Shown: positions 16,974-27,173, numbered from the stretch's first letter. The stretch: DNA of 38,217 nucleotides from a virus (IMGVR_UViG_3300043103_000226:1-38217); one strand, 5' to 3'. Notes: a model not told the origin generated them from the letters alone. Translations and numbers: made by a program.

Positions 16974-17197
16974 GCAATGTGCCCCTGCTGATTCGTGCTG
17001 AGTTAGCTGACAGCATCGAGGAGATGGGTCAAGCCATGGGCCTGCTGCGTGAATCAGTGGCCGATCATGAACTAGGCAATGTGAACGGTGCGCAGATCTG
17101 CGCATCGGATGCGGTGGAACTGATTTCTGGGCTGGAATCTAAGTTTGCAGACATGGCGGCTAGGCTATGCGCCTGGACAAATGTGTCTGTGGACTGA
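16970..17197 (+). CDS. hypothetical protein
   Basis: ATGA overlap start at 16970. Confidence 0.55.
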   Translation: MSNVPLLIRAELADSIEEMGQAMGLLRESVADHELGNVNGAQICASDAVELISGLESKFADMAARLCAWTNVSVD

Positions 17198-17298
17198 ATG
17201 CGGCTTTTTAAAGCTTTTATTGTTAGGTGTCTTTTATGACACGGGGAAATCGAAGCAGTGAGAGGGCTGCTGATCCCTTAATTTTTAAAACCAAGATA

Positions 17299-18363
17299 AT
17301 GAGCATGGATATAAACCAACGTGAGCGGATTGCTTGTGATTTGCTGGGCATACCTGCACTGGAGGTGGGTGGCTATGCTGCGTGCCCAGGTGCGGCAAGG
17401 CATACCAAGGGCGGTGGCCGCCGTGATTTTAAAGTGACGCTGGAGACGGTGCCGACTGGCTTTTGCTTCCATTCAAGCTGCTCAGGTGAGGTGGAGGAGT
17501 TTAACCTGAACCTGCGCCGTGCGATCTGGCGTGTGGAAAATGGAGATAAGAGGTCACCGGCGTCGTCATTCTATGGGGTGACTGCGCCTGCACCTCAGCC
17601 TGAGCGTGGCGTGAAGCGTCCGCCTTTTGATCCGAAGAAGCTGCAGGACATGGCTGAAAATGTGAAGGAGGTGATCACACGCGAGTGGCTGATGGCGGCT
17701 TCGCCTATGCTTTTGAAGCCTAATATGCGTGGTGTGGGTGATACTTTTCTAGAGGCTCTCTACGAGGACCGTGAGAAGGTGCTGATCTTCACAAAGTTTA
17801 CTTCTCAAGGGGATTATGGCTACCATGTGGGGTTTGGGGGCTGGCGACTGGGCAGGGATCGGGGGGTGAAGCCGGTGAAGTCGGATCTTCCTCTAGGTGG
17901 TGCTGACGGGGTGTGGTTTCTTTGCAATCCTGTTTCGGGTGAGTGGAAGATCAACTCCGACTCGGTGGGCTATCATGGGCAGACGAAATGGGGCCGTAGG
18001 CATGGTGCCTGCGTGACGGCGTGGCGTTACCTAGTGCTGGAGAATGATGTGGCTCCGATGGCGCAGTGGCTGAGGCTGCTGGTGCAGCTGCCTTTGCAGA
18101 TCGTGGCGATCTACACTTCAGGCGGCCGCAGTGTGCATGCTCTGGTGCGTGTGGATGTGGCCAGTAAGGCTGAGTGGGATATGGAGAGGGATATGCTGGT
18201 GCAGCTGCTGGCACCTCTGGGGGCAGATCCTGCGGCGATGACGGCGGTGCGGCTGACGCGCCTGCCGGGCTGTCTGCGTGGTGAGTCACTGCAGGAGCTG
18301 TGGTATCTGGACCCGAGGCCTAGAGCGCATACAACGATCCTGCAAAGGAGGCTGGCACGATGA
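17299..18363 (+). CDS. AEP/RepB-like DNA primase with N-terminal Zn finger
   Basis: CPGAARH...CFHSSC; YLVLEND, YTSGGRSVHALVRV, DPAA...RLTRLPG. Confidence 0.8.
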   Translation: MSMDINQRERIACDLLGIPALEVGGYAACPGAARHTKGGGRRDFKVTLETVPTGFCFHSSCSGEVEEFNLNLRRAIWRVENGDKRSPASSFYGVTAPAPQPERGVKRPPFDPKKLQDMAENVKEVITREWLMAASPMLLKPNMRGVGDTFLEALYEDREKVLIFTKFTSQGDYGYHVGFGGWRLGRDRGVKPVKSDLPLGGADGVWFLCNPVSGEWKINSDSVGYHGQTKWGRRHGACVTAWRYLVLENDVAPMAQWLRLLVQLPLQIVAIYTSGGRSVHALVRVDVASKAEWDMERDMLVQLLAPLGADPAAMTAVRLTRLPGCLRGESLQELWYLDPRPRAHTTILQRRLAR

Positions 18364-19979
18364 GCGAGTCCGCGAAAATACCGATGGAGATGCTGCGCCT
18401 CTTAGCCCCTTTAGCCGCGCAGGCGGGTATCGATCTGCCTGGTCAAGCAGATATGGTGCCGCAGATCAATCTAGATGAGCAGACTCTGAAGATCGCTGAG
18501 CAACTAGGGGGCCTGCTTTCAAGGTGTGATGTCTTTGCTAGAGGTGATGAAGTGGTCACTGTAGAGAGTGGAAAAATGGTGCCGGTCAGTAAGGACCGCT
18601 TTTGCACTCTGATCGAAGAGTATGTAACGTGCATTAAGTTTGGCCAACAGGGGCCGAAGGTGATCACGATGGGCAAGGATATGGCGGCTAAGGTTCTGGA
18701 GTGCAGACAATTCACAAGACGGCTGCCGCAACTGGAAGGGATCGTCCCGGTGTCGGTGCCAGTGCGGCGTGCTTCTGGAGCTGTGGAGTGGCTGGCCGCT
18801 GGTTACGATAAGGAATCCAAGGTGTGGTGCAATGATGGGGTGAGCTATGACCGTGAGATGTCTGTGCAGGCGGCGATGCAGTGGCTGTGGGATCAGTTCG
18901 GTGAGTTTGAATTTGCCTGGGAGCAGGAGGTGCGGAAGGACTGGATTTTTCTGAATCGTTCATTCTCTGTGCAGATCGCGGCGATGCTCTCGACTTACAC
19001 CCGACTGATGCTGCCAACGGGCACGCCTAGGCCTTTGTTTCTGTGGGTGGCGAATCAGCAGGGATCGGGCAAGTCGGTGCTGGCTGAGTCGGCCCTAGCG
19101 CATGTCTTTGGTGATGTGGCAACGGTGTCTCTGCCTGAGAGTCGTGAGGAGTTTGAGAAGCTGCTGAACACGACCGCGATGAATATGCGGCCTTATTTGT
19201 TCCTGGATGATGCGCCAAGCTGGGTGGCTAGTAATGCGCTCAACCGTTTCATCACATCACGGCGTCATGCCGGGCGGAAGCTGGGTGGCAATGAGGAGTT
19301 TGATGTGCCGAATGTGACGACAGTAAGCGTGACGGCTAACAATCTGGAGATCACGCCCGACTTGATGCGCCGGTCTTTGGTCTGTGAGTTGTTTGTGCCA
19401 GGTGACATCGAGAAGCGGACGTTCAAACGGAATATTGAGCCCGGCTATTGGTCACGGCCTGATGTGCGTGCCCAGTCACTGGCCTCGATGTGTGCTTTGC
19501 TCAAGCATTGGATCTCTCAGGGCGAGCCTGTAGGATTAGACTGCAAGCCTACCTTTGAAGCATGGAGCACAATGATCGGTGGGATCGTCGCAGCTTTGCC
19601 TGACGCTGGTCAGGGTCTGGGAAGACCGATGCTCAAGGCTGAGCTTCCAATGAGTGGTGACCGGCGCGGTGAGGAATGGCGGCAATTGCTGGTCAGTATT
19701 GCTGAACGCCTTGAGGCAGAGGCTGGTGATGATTTGCTGAAGGAGGTCGTGTTTACCACGCATGATATTATTGCGGCCGCCCGTGCTGAAAAGCTGCTGG
19801 AGGATCTCTGCGGTGCAGAGGGTGATAAGGACCTAGGAGAGAAAGAGAGGAAACGAATCGGTCACGAACTGAAGCGGTGGAGAGGTCGTGAACTGGTGAC
19901 TACCACAACAAGGCGAGCTTTCCGTTTTGGTAAGCGACACCAGAGGCGTGGGGCGGAATATCCGCTTGAATGGCTGTGA
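18360..19979 (+). CDS. replicative helicase / P-loop NTPase
   Basis: Walker A NQQGSGKS, Walker B YLFLDD, motif C VTANN, DLMRR; coupled to the primase. Confidence 0.8.
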   Translation: MSESAKIPMEMLRLLAPLAAQAGIDLPGQADMVPQINLDEQTLKIAEQLGGLLSRCDVFARGDEVVTVESGKMVPVSKDRFCTLIEEYVTCIKFGQQGPKVITMGKDMAAKVLECRQFTRRLPQLEGIVPVSVPVRRASGAVEWLAAGYDKESKVWCNDGVSYDREMSVQAAMQWLWDQFGEFEFAWEQEVRKDWIFLNRSFSVQIAAMLSTYTRLMLPTGTPRPLFLWVANQQGSGKSVLAESALAHVFGDVATVSLPESREEFEKLLNTTAMNMRPYLFLDDAPSWVASNALNRFITSRRHAGRKLGGNEEFDVPNVTTVSVTANNLEITPDLMRRSLVCELFVPGDIEKRTFKRNIEPGYWSRPDVRAQSLASMCALLKHWISQGEPVGLDCKPTFEAWSTMIGGIVAALPDAGQGLGRPMLKAELPMSGDRRGEEWRQLLVSIAERLEAEAGDDLLKEVVFTTHDIIAAARAEKLLEDLCGAEGDKDLGEKERKRIGHELKRWRGRELVTTTTRRAFRFGKRHQRRGAEYPLEWL

Positions 19980-20223
19980 TCAAAGTGATCACGGGTGATG
20001 GTCACAGATGATCACACAAGGGGGCATAGGGTGCTTCGTGCTCCCCGTGCCCCTTTTTTAGGTCACGAAAACGAACCTTTTAACCACATTGGTCACAGCA
20101 TGGTCACGCTGGAAACCTTGATTTTACAACATCGGTGATCTTGTGACCTTTGTGACCTGTCAGATGGTAGTTTGTGAAATATGATCCTGATGCCATGAGG
20201 TGGAGTGCATGGTCACTGGTCAC
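19976..20223. repeat. iteron-like G(G/A)TCAC array, putative replication origin
   Basis: GGTCAC at 20000, 20061, 20091, 20102, 20211, 20218; GTGACC at 20143, 20152; GTGATC/GATCAC at 19976, 19985, 20010, 20135. Confidence 0.7.
20018..20059 (+). terminator. terminator ending the early/replication operon
   Basis: AAGGGGGCA...TGCCCCTT hairpin followed by T6. Confidence 0.7.
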
Positions 20224-20347
20224 ATGGGGGGTGGGTAAGGAATCTTTTTTTCCAGCCCAGCCTCCCCGCAGGTTTAATGTCTCTTGGCGTATTTGGGAGT
20301 GGGGGCGCAATGGGGAAAGCGCAAGGGTTTGGCGCAGGGTTTGCGTT

Positions 20348-20367
20348 TTGACATTGCGAGATGCGCA
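20348..20367 (+). promoter_or_regulatory. late element TTGACA-N13-A upstream of the terminase
   Basis: TTGACA 20348-20353; likely ATG at 20385. Confidence 0.55.
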
Positions 20368-20384
20368 AAGGGGCAATTCGCGCA

Positions 20385-21068
20385 ATGTCTGAGCATAGAA
20401 ACGCAGATCTCATCACGGCTTACTGGCGTGAGGTGCTGCCGCATTGTGCGACGAAGCGCACGGCACAGGACCACTGCAAGAAGAACAACCCGAAGTGGAT
20501 CGCGTGGCTGGCGACTCAGGGGCGGAAGGTTCACAGCCCGAAGGAGACTCCGGGGGTGGTGCAGATTTTGGCACTGACGAAGAGGCTGAAGGAATCTCCG
20601 CCTGGTGCGGAGGAGGCTGAAGATCAGGCACCGAAGCCGCCTGGCTACGGTAAGCCGATCGAGGAAAGGACGCCGGAGGAGCATGCGGAGGTGGTGGCGT
20701 GGCAGATGTTTACGGAAAATTCATCGGCGGCGGAAAGGCTGGCGCGCTCTGATAGCATCACGGCGGCTGGGTTTGCACGTATTGCTTGCCAGTGTCTCGC
20801 GTCGTATCATGTGGCCAGGGCGAAGCGGGTGCAGGCGGATATTGAAAACAAGCGGCTGCTGCCGGTGTCGGAATATGAATCGCTGTGCCAGGATGCGCGG
20901 AGGCTGGCGGATCTTTGGAAGTCATTGGTGCCAGACTTGGCGGCGCAGATCGATCCGACGAATCCGGGGCGGGTGCGGAATCTGTTTGAAGAGTGGATTC
21001 AAAAACGGATCAACCCGGTGGTGCAGCGGTTCATCTTGAATGGGGAGCTGCCAGAATTAGCGGCATGA
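20385..21068 (+). CDS. terS: terminase small subunit (Nu1-like)
   Basis: position before TerL; YHVARAKRVQADIENKRLLPVSE coiled motif; start could also be 20361. Confidence 0.6.
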   Translation: MSEHRNADLITAYWREVLPHCATKRTAQDHCKKNNPKWIAWLATQGRKVHSPKETPGVVQILALTKRLKESPPGAEEAEDQAPKPPGYGKPIEERTPEEHAEVVAWQMFTENSSAAERLARSDSITAAGFARIACQCLASYHVARAKRVQADIENKRLLPVSEYESLCQDARRLADLWKSLVPDLAAQIDPTNPGRVRNLFEEWIQKRINPVVQRFILNGELPELAA

Positions 21069-22855
21069 GTGCGCGGCGTGAACATTTTCTGCGGCAGTTC
21101 CTCATCGAGCAGCGGCCTGAGGTGGTGGACTTTTTGACGAAGAACATTTCGATCCCGCGCTCGATGTCACCGGCTCGGGTGCATGGGTCGTCGTCGCCGT
21201 TTAGTTTGCAGCATCAGGGCTTTGCGAAACATATTCTTGAGTGCGCGAACCCATCGCTGGGGATCACGGATGTGACGACTTGCTCGGCCACGCAGGTCTT
21301 TAAAACTTTTGGCCTGCTGATGATGCTGGTCTATCGCATGGTGAATGTGCCTTCACCGAAGCTGATCGTGTTCCCGACTAAGGACTCGGCCCAGAAGGCG
21401 GTCTCGCGTAAAAAATTGCAGCCGCTGATCAATGGAAATCCGATTTTGGCGGAGAGGAAACCGTCGAACAAAGACCATTTTACGGACATGGAAATGGACA
21501 TGCTGGGCGGTGCGATCCGCCTGACGGGGACGAACTCACCCGCCAATCTGGCATCGACTTCTGAGCAGGACATTTTTCAAGATGAGTGCTGCAAGTTTGA
21601 GCATCACAGCAACGAAGATTCACCCGAGGCCCACCCGATGGATCTGGCTGATGAACGTGCCAAGTCCTTTGGTGCCGATGCTTTTCGCTACAAATCGAGT
21701 TCACCGAACATTATCACCCATCCGTTTTGGACTCGGTATGAGGCGGGGTCGCAGACGCACTTCCTGGTGAGCTGCCCGAACTGCCAGCACCGTTTTCCGT
21801 TTGAGGATTGGCCGGATAAGACTCACGACGATCGTCATCCTGGTTATGAAAAGGTGGGGCCAGATTATCGCTCGTTGGTGTGGTCTCCTGAGGCCAAGGA
21901 TTCCCGTGGGCTGTGGATCGAAGGCAAGGTGCGTGAGTCCATCCGCTTCATTTGTCCGGCCTGTGCTTTCCCGATCCCTGAGGACTGCCGACTGGGTATG
22001 CTGGATGATGTAGAGAAGATGGACCTGAATCCCGGCGCGAGTGATCGCAACCGATCCTTCCGACTGCCGAGCTTTTATTCACCGGCCCTGACCTTTGGTG
22101 ACATTGCATGGAATCGCATTAAGCCCAGTGACCTGTTTGCGAATCATCAAAATCACGCGAACTCATGGCTGGCGAACTGCTGGAGCGATCTGGCCTACAA
22201 CGTCAAAGAGGAGACGGTGAAGCAATGTGTGAGCCGTGACTACGGGCGCGGGGCTCTGCCTTTCAAGCCGAAGCTGCTCATGATCACGGCTGACCCGGGT
22301 GAACGTCTCACGCATTGGGAAGTCACGGCGGTGGATGCAAACGGTGGTTTGTTTGTCATCGACTGGGGCACGCTGCTTTCATCCCGTGAACTGATCTCGG
22401 CTGAGTTCCTCCGGCATCGACTTTACACCGTGCCAGGCACAGGAGAAAAGATCGTGCCGCAGGTCGGTTACATTGACTCAGGTTATCTCACGGAAACCCA
22501 GTATGATATTTGTCAGGCCTCCGGTGGTTTCTTCTGGCCCACCAAAGGTTCCGATGCCAAGCACGGAGCCATCAATGAGACCCGTGCGGCCTCTCGGCCT
22601 AACTTGAAACTTTACACCTATTCAGACACTCAGGCCAAAGATGAGCTTTATGGAGCGCGCATCTCACGCCACACCACGCCTGGCTTCCACCTGCCGAGTG
22701 ATGCCGATGCCGATGTCATTCTAGGTCATGCAGGGCAGATGAAAGACAAGAGCACAAACCTTTGGAAAAAAGTCCCTGCTGACCATTACGGCGACTGCTC
22801 AAAGCTCGCCCTGATGGGCTTATGGATTGCACGCACCGTGCCCGGTTTCATGTGA
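21065..22855 (+). CDS. terL: terminase large subunit, lambda GpA family
   Basis: SATQVFKT Walker A variant, DIFQDE Walker B, SSSP, CPNC/CPAC, ITADP, YIDSGY, PTKG, DHYGDC; ATGA start at 21065. Confidence 0.9.
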   Translation: MSARREHFLRQFLIEQRPEVVDFLTKNISIPRSMSPARVHGSSSPFSLQHQGFAKHILECANPSLGITDVTTCSATQVFKTFGLLMMLVYRMVNVPSPKLIVFPTKDSAQKAVSRKKLQPLINGNPILAERKPSNKDHFTDMEMDMLGGAIRLTGTNSPANLASTSEQDIFQDECCKFEHHSNEDSPEAHPMDLADERAKSFGADAFRYKSSSPNIITHPFWTRYEAGSQTHFLVSCPNCQHRFPFEDWPDKTHDDRHPGYEKVGPDYRSLVWSPEAKDSRGLWIEGKVRESIRFICPACAFPIPEDCRLGMLDDVEKMDLNPGASDRNRSFRLPSFYSPALTFGDIAWNRIKPSDLFANHQNHANSWLANCWSDLAYNVKEETVKQCVSRDYGRGALPFKPKLLMITADPGERLTHWEVTAVDANGGLFVIDWGTLLSSRELISAEFLRHRLYTVPGTGEKIVPQVGYIDSGYLTETQYDICQASGGFFWPTKGSDAKHGAINETRAASRPNLKLYTYSDTQAKDELYGARISRHTTPGFHLPSDADADVILGHAGQMKDKSTNLWKKVPADHYGDCSKLALMGLWIARTVPGFM

Positions 22856-22859
22856 GGTA

Positions 22860-22881
22860 TTGACACCCGGCCACCACGATG
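22860..22881 (+). promoter_or_regulatory. late element TTGACA-N13-ATG
   Basis: TTGACA 22860-22865, ATG 22879. Confidence 0.7.
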
Positions 22882-23208
22882 GCTGCCGTCTCCATTTCTG
22901 ATCTTACCAGTGACTACCTTTTCCACGCGAGGATGCTTTATCCTGCTAGCGCGGAGAGTCAAAAGACATGGCTCAGTGACCAGTATCTGGCTGAGGCTGA
23001 TGACCGCTCTGGGGCTGAGGTGACAAATCTGTCCTATGTGGGCAGTTCACACGCGGCCCAGTTCCGCGCATCGAATCCTGAGGAACGCCGCAACGCTCTA
23101 AGGAAAGCCATCGAAGAAGTCGAGGCCACGATTGCTGGCAGTGTGGCTTCCCAATTTGCCAAGCCGTTTGGTTTCCGCCCTGGTGGTGCCTTTAACATCC
23201 TTGGTTAG
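22879..23208 (+). CDS. head-tail joining protein (gpW position)
   Basis: between TerL and portal as in lambda-like heads. Confidence 0.55.
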   Translation: MAAVSISDLTSDYLFHARMLYPASAESQKTWLSDQYLAEADDRSGAEVTNLSYVGSSHAAQFRASNPEERRNALRKAIEEVEATIAGSVASQFAKPFGFRPGGAFNILG

Positions 23209-23216
23209 ACCTTCCA

Positions 23217-24833
23217 ATGTTTACGAAAAAACCAACACGCAAATCACCGAAGTCTGTGTCATCGATGACACCGATCACCAATGCTGCCTTGCCGACGAGC
23301 CGTGGCACCTATCGCAGCTTGCCCACGTATCAGCCGTGGAGCAGCAAGCAATTGGAGCAGCTGTCGAAGTCGCGTGATCAGGTTCAGATCTCCCGTTTTC
23401 TCCAGGAGAAGATTCCGGTGCTGGGTTACTGCACTCAGGCCCTGCCGAAAGAAGCCATCGGTAAGGGCATCGGCCTCAAGAGCATTTCCAGCAATCCTGA
23501 GTTTAAAGCTGCGGCCACGCGTTACTACAAAGCCTGGGCAGACTCACGGGCTGTTGATCTTCGTAAAGAGGGCACCTTCTACGAACTGCAGGCACGCTGG
23601 CTGTCGGCCATCATTGGCGATGGCGAGGCCTTTGTGCAGAAGGTCAGCGACACCTCAGCGGCATCAATGCAGTGGTCACTGGCTGACAAGGCCAAACGCC
23701 GACTCCAACTGCAAACGCTGCTGCGTGACCAGATGACCTCGATGGGCCTGACACGCAATGAGCAGAAAGATTCCCGCTGGATCGAGGGTCTGCAATACAA
23801 TGCCCTAGACCAGCTGATCACGCTGCGGGTGATCACCGGCGACAACATCAACAGCGGCATCCCGAAAACCATCGATCTAGCTGCCAGCAATGTCTTTCAC
23901 CTGAAAGAAAGCATCCGCTTCAATCAATACCACGGCACGCCGTTCATCTTCCGGTCGAATGAGGATCTGCTGGATGTGCTGGATCTTAAGGCGATCCGTA
24001 AACACTCGGCCAAGATCCGCTCGGCCCTACTCGGTGCCACGACCACGCGTGACGGTAAAGCACCCAACGCCATGCAGGCCGTGATGGCCGCTGAACGTGA
24101 GGGGAACCCCTCGGTGGATACAGGCAAACGCTTTGTCGAGATCGCCGAAGGTGCGGTCATGATTCCGCTGGCTGATGGCGAGACAATGAGCTTTTTCCAA
24201 GGCGGCGAGGCGATCCCGTTCAAGCAGATTCTGGAAGAGTTAACGCATCCCTTTGTCTTTGGTCTGGGTTATCCTGTCGAGTGGATCTTTGGCATGGGCT
24301 CCCTCGGTGGCACCGCCTTCCGTGGCGTGATCGAGAAAGTCCGCAGGGCACACGAGAACATGCGCGCCATGCTCTACCCGTTCCTGCAGTGGACATGGGA
24401 ATGGGTCATCGCTGATGCCATGATGCCTGGTGGCGCACTGGCTGCATTTGCCACGGTGGAAGATTGGTCTGAGATCGACTTTGTCACTGATCCTGATCCG
24501 TCGGTGGATCTTGGACGAAACCACACGGCCGACATGGAGCGGCTGCGCGCCAATGCGGGGACCATGGAAGACTACATCGAAGCGCGCACCGGCGGCAGTG
24601 GTGTGGAGGTCCGCAAAGCACGCATCACTGAAAAAATTGATGACGTGAAATTTGCCATCAGCATCGCCACCGGCCTGCCGATGGATCAGATCACGGTGCC
24701 TGCCAGCATCGCCACCTTGCTGGCCATCGATCCGATGCAGCTGCAGGCCATGAGTGGTCTGGCATCGACACTGGCTCCAGAGTCGATCGCCAGCGATCTG
24801 GAGCAGATCGACCCACCGAGATCACAGGCTTGA
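23217..24833 (+). CDS. portal protein, lambda family
   Basis: 538 aa; IIGDGEAF, VFHL..IRFNQYHGTP, GLGYPVE; synteny. Confidence 0.85.
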   Translation: MFTKKPTRKSPKSVSSMTPITNAALPTSRGTYRSLPTYQPWSSKQLEQLSKSRDQVQISRFLQEKIPVLGYCTQALPKEAIGKGIGLKSISSNPEFKAAATRYYKAWADSRAVDLRKEGTFYELQARWLSAIIGDGEAFVQKVSDTSAASMQWSLADKAKRRLQLQTLLRDQMTSMGLTRNEQKDSRWIEGLQYNALDQLITLRVITGDNINSGIPKTIDLAASNVFHLKESIRFNQYHGTPFIFRSNEDLLDVLDLKAIRKHSAKIRSALLGATTTRDGKAPNAMQAVMAAEREGNPSVDTGKRFVEIAEGAVMIPLADGETMSFFQGGEAIPFKQILEELTHPFVFGLGYPVEWIFGMGSLGGTAFRGVIEKVRRAHENMRAMLYPFLQWTWEWVIADAMMPGGALAAFATVEDWSEIDFVTDPDPSVDLGRNHTADMERLRANAGTMEDYIEARTGGSGVEVRKARITEKIDDVKFAISIATGLPMDQITVPASIATLLAIDPMQLQAMSGLASTLAPESIASDLEQIDPPRSQA

Positions 24834-24835
24834 TT

Positions 24836-24857
24836 TTGACATGCCGTCTCCGGCATG
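24836..24857 (+). promoter_or_regulatory. late element TTGACA-N13-ATG
   Basis: TTGACA 24836-24841, ATG 24855. Confidence 0.7.
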
Positions 24858-25883
24858 TCCAAATGGTTCAACATTACCAACTCCGCCGCAGGTTCCGCCG
24901 TCATTGATATTTTTGACGAGATCGGATATTACGGCATCACGGCCAAAGATTTCGTGAATCAGCTGCGCCTGGCCACCGGCAACAACCTGACGAGTTTGAC
25001 CCTCAACATCGACAGCCCTGGTGGATCGGTCGATGACGGCCTGACGATCTATGATGCGATCAAGGCTCTGGGCGTGCCGGTCACTTCCAATGTCACCGGC
25101 ACCGCTGCGAGCATGGCTAGCGTGATCATGCTGGCCGCTGATAAAATCACCATCGCTGAAAATGGCCGCGTGATGATTCACCGCGTCTCCGGTGGTGTGG
25201 TGGGGAATCCTGATGACGTGGCGGCTGCGGCCGCTGTGATGAAGCAGTTTGAGGATCGCATCATTGAAATCTACATGGCACGCACGGGCAAAGATGAGAC
25301 AACGATCCGTGACCTGATGAAGGCTGAGATCGGCACGTGGTTCTTTGGTCAGGAGGCCGTGGATGCAGGCTTTGCGGATGAGGTCACGCCTGGTGTGCAG
25401 GCCAAGGCCTTTCAGCCGAACTGGATGAAGAATTTCACGATGCTGCCTGTGGCTTTGTTTGACATGCCAACAAACGCGAAGCCCACCGCTCACTCTCCTA
25501 AAAACATGAAAGCCCTCATTGCCCTCGCCTCCCTCGTCGGCCTCTCGCTCAACGGCGACGAGACCGAAGACCAACTCTGTGCCGCCATCGCGGCCCACAA
25601 GCCGACTCCACCGAAAATGGAGCTGAATGTGGAAGACCCTGAAACCAAGGCCCATTTCCAGAAGCTCGTCGATGAAGCCACTGCCAGCCTGAAAACTGAA
25701 GTGACCAATCTCACCGCTCTGATCAAGAACGGTGCCGCTGGTGCTGCTGGTGCCGGTGCCCCGGTGACTGCTGGTGCTCCAGCTCCTGAGGCTCCCACCA
25801 TGAGCCGCAAGGCCTTCAACGCACTCTCCCATGCTGAGCGCAATGCCTTCATGGCCACGAATGGAAAACTTTCCAACGACTAA
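24855..25883 (+). CDS. ClpP-type head maturation protease fused to scaffold
   Basis: IDSPGGSV, AASMASVI (Ser), MIH, TWF...EAVDAGFAD; C-terminal scaffold motif MSRKAFNALSHAERNAFM. Confidence 0.9.
   Translation: MSKWFNITNSAAGSAVIDIFDEIGYYGITAKDFVNQLRLATGNNLTSLTLNIDSPGGSVDDGLTIYDAIKALGVPVTSNVTGTAASMASVIMLAADKITIAENGRVMIHRVSGGVVGNPDDVAAAAAVMKQFEDRIIEIYMARTGKDETTIRDLMKAEIGTWFFGQEAVDAGFADEVTPGVQAKAFQPNWMKNFTMLPVALFDMPTNAKPTAHSPKNMKALIALASLVGLSLNGDETEDQLCAAIAAHKPTPPKMELNVEDPETKAHFQKLVDEATASLKTEVTNLTALIKNGAAGAAGAGAPVTAGAPAPEAPTMSRKAFNALSHAERNAFMATNGKLSND
25506..25883 (+). CDS. nested in-frame scaffold protein (125 aa)
   Basis: internal TTGACA 25459 and CTCTCCTAAAAAC leader before ATG 25506. Confidence 0.55.
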   Translation: MKALIALASLVGLSLNGDETEDQLCAAIAAHKPTPPKMELNVEDPETKAHFQKLVDEATASLKTEVTNLTALIKNGAAGAAGAGAPVTAGAPAPEAPTMSRKAFNALSHAERNAFMATNGKLSND

Positions 25884-25927
25884 TCCTCAAACAGCAACAC
25901 CCCACACTCCTCTAGATCCCCACTATT

Positions 25928-27094
25928 ATGGCTAACGACATCTCCCTCACAGGTCTCACTGAAATCCTTTATGCAGCCCGCGACATCGTCGCACGCGAGC
26001 CGAGTGGCTTCGCTCAGGGCGTCATCGTCAACGGCGGCTCCGAAGGCGTCTCCGCAGGCGGCACCGTCACCTCTCTGCGCACCACAGAGCCAACGCTTGA
26101 AACGAGCTACACTCCAGCCATGACACCGCCTGACGCGGCTGACATCACCACCATCGCCGACACACTCTCCCTGAGTCTGTATGCAGGCGTTAGCATCCCG
26201 CTCAAAGGTGAGCAATTCCAGCAGCTCGCCGCCACCGTCGGTGCTGAGCTCGCTCTCCAGCAGCTCTACAAGCAAGGCATCCGTGCGATGATCAACCGCA
26301 TGGAAAGCTCCATCGGCACTGCCGCTTATCAGGGTGCATCCCGCGCCACTGGCACCGCTGGCACCACGCCGTTTGGCAGCAACTTCAATTCCATCAATGA
26401 GCTCCGCCAGATCCTTGAGGACAATGGCTGCACGCTCGATGACGGTGAGCTCTCACTCATCATCAACAGCGTCGCTGGCACCAATCTCCGCAACCTCAGC
26501 CAATTGACCAAGGTCAATGAAGCTGGTGGTGACGCGCAGCTGCGCCGTGGTGAATTGCTGAACGTCTCCGGATTCAGCATCCGCACTTCCGCAGGTGTGC
26601 AGAGCCACACCAAAGGTGCTGGCACTGGCTACCTCATCAATGGTGCTGAGGCCATCGGCCAGACCTCTCTGACCTTTGATACCGGCACGGTGAACACCAC
26701 CGGCATCAAGGCTGGTGACATCATCACCCACGCGTCTGACACCACGAACAAATACGTGGTGAAGACTGGCAGCACCGCCACCTCGGGTGACATCATCATC
26801 AATCACCCAGGTCTCCGCATCGCTGCGGCTGACAATGCGGCCATCACGGTGGGCAACAGCTACACGGCCAACGTGGGCTTCCACAAGTCCGCCATCGAGC
26901 TTGCCATGCGCCCACCCGCACAGCCACCCGGCGGTGACGTCGGTGAAGAGATCGCAGTGCTTGTCGATGAAAAGACTGGCCTCTCATTCTCTGCCCGCCT
27001 CTACAAAGGCTACGGCATGAACCAGATCAAGCTCATGGCTTTCTACGGCGTCAAAGTCTGGAAACCTGAGTTTGTGGCCACGCTCATTGGCTAA
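25928..27094 (+). CDS. major capsid protein (P22-coat-like, HK97 fold)
   Basis: 388 aa after the protease; strong codon bias; NVGFHKSAIELAMRP, YGVKVWKPE. Confidence 0.85.
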   Translation: MANDISLTGLTEILYAARDIVAREPSGFAQGVIVNGGSEGVSAGGTVTSLRTTEPTLETSYTPAMTPPDAADITTIADTLSLSLYAGVSIPLKGEQFQQLAATVGAELALQQLYKQGIRAMINRMESSIGTAAYQGASRATGTAGTTPFGSNFNSINELRQILEDNGCTLDDGELSLIINSVAGTNLRNLSQLTKVNEAGGDAQLRRGELLNVSGFSIRTSAGVQSHTKGAGTGYLINGAEAIGQTSLTFDTGTVNTTGIKAGDIITHASDTTNKYVVKTGSTATSGDIIINHPGLRIAAADNAAITVGNSYTANVGFHKSAIELAMRPPAQPPGGDVGEEIAVLVDEKTGLSFSARLYKGYGMNQIKLMAFYGVKVWKPEFVATLIG

Positions 27095-27134
27095 ACATAC
27101 TTTCCTGAGCCAACTCAGGTTTGTTGAAAACATA

Positions 27135-27173
27135 GGTGCCGCCCTTTTGGTTTGGGGCGGCATCTTCTTTTTT
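27135..27173 (+). terminator. intrinsic terminator merging into a TTGACA element
   Basis: GGTGCCGCCC...GGGCGGCATC stem followed by a T-rich tail. Confidence 0.75.

Noticed and set aside
19976-20223. CRISPR array
   Set aside because: Repeats are 6-8 bp, irregularly spaced and in both orientations; no cas genes
20104-20684. Several short overlapping ORFs around the origin
   Set aside because: They lie over the repeat/terminator/packaging region or antisense to terS and have no recognisable features
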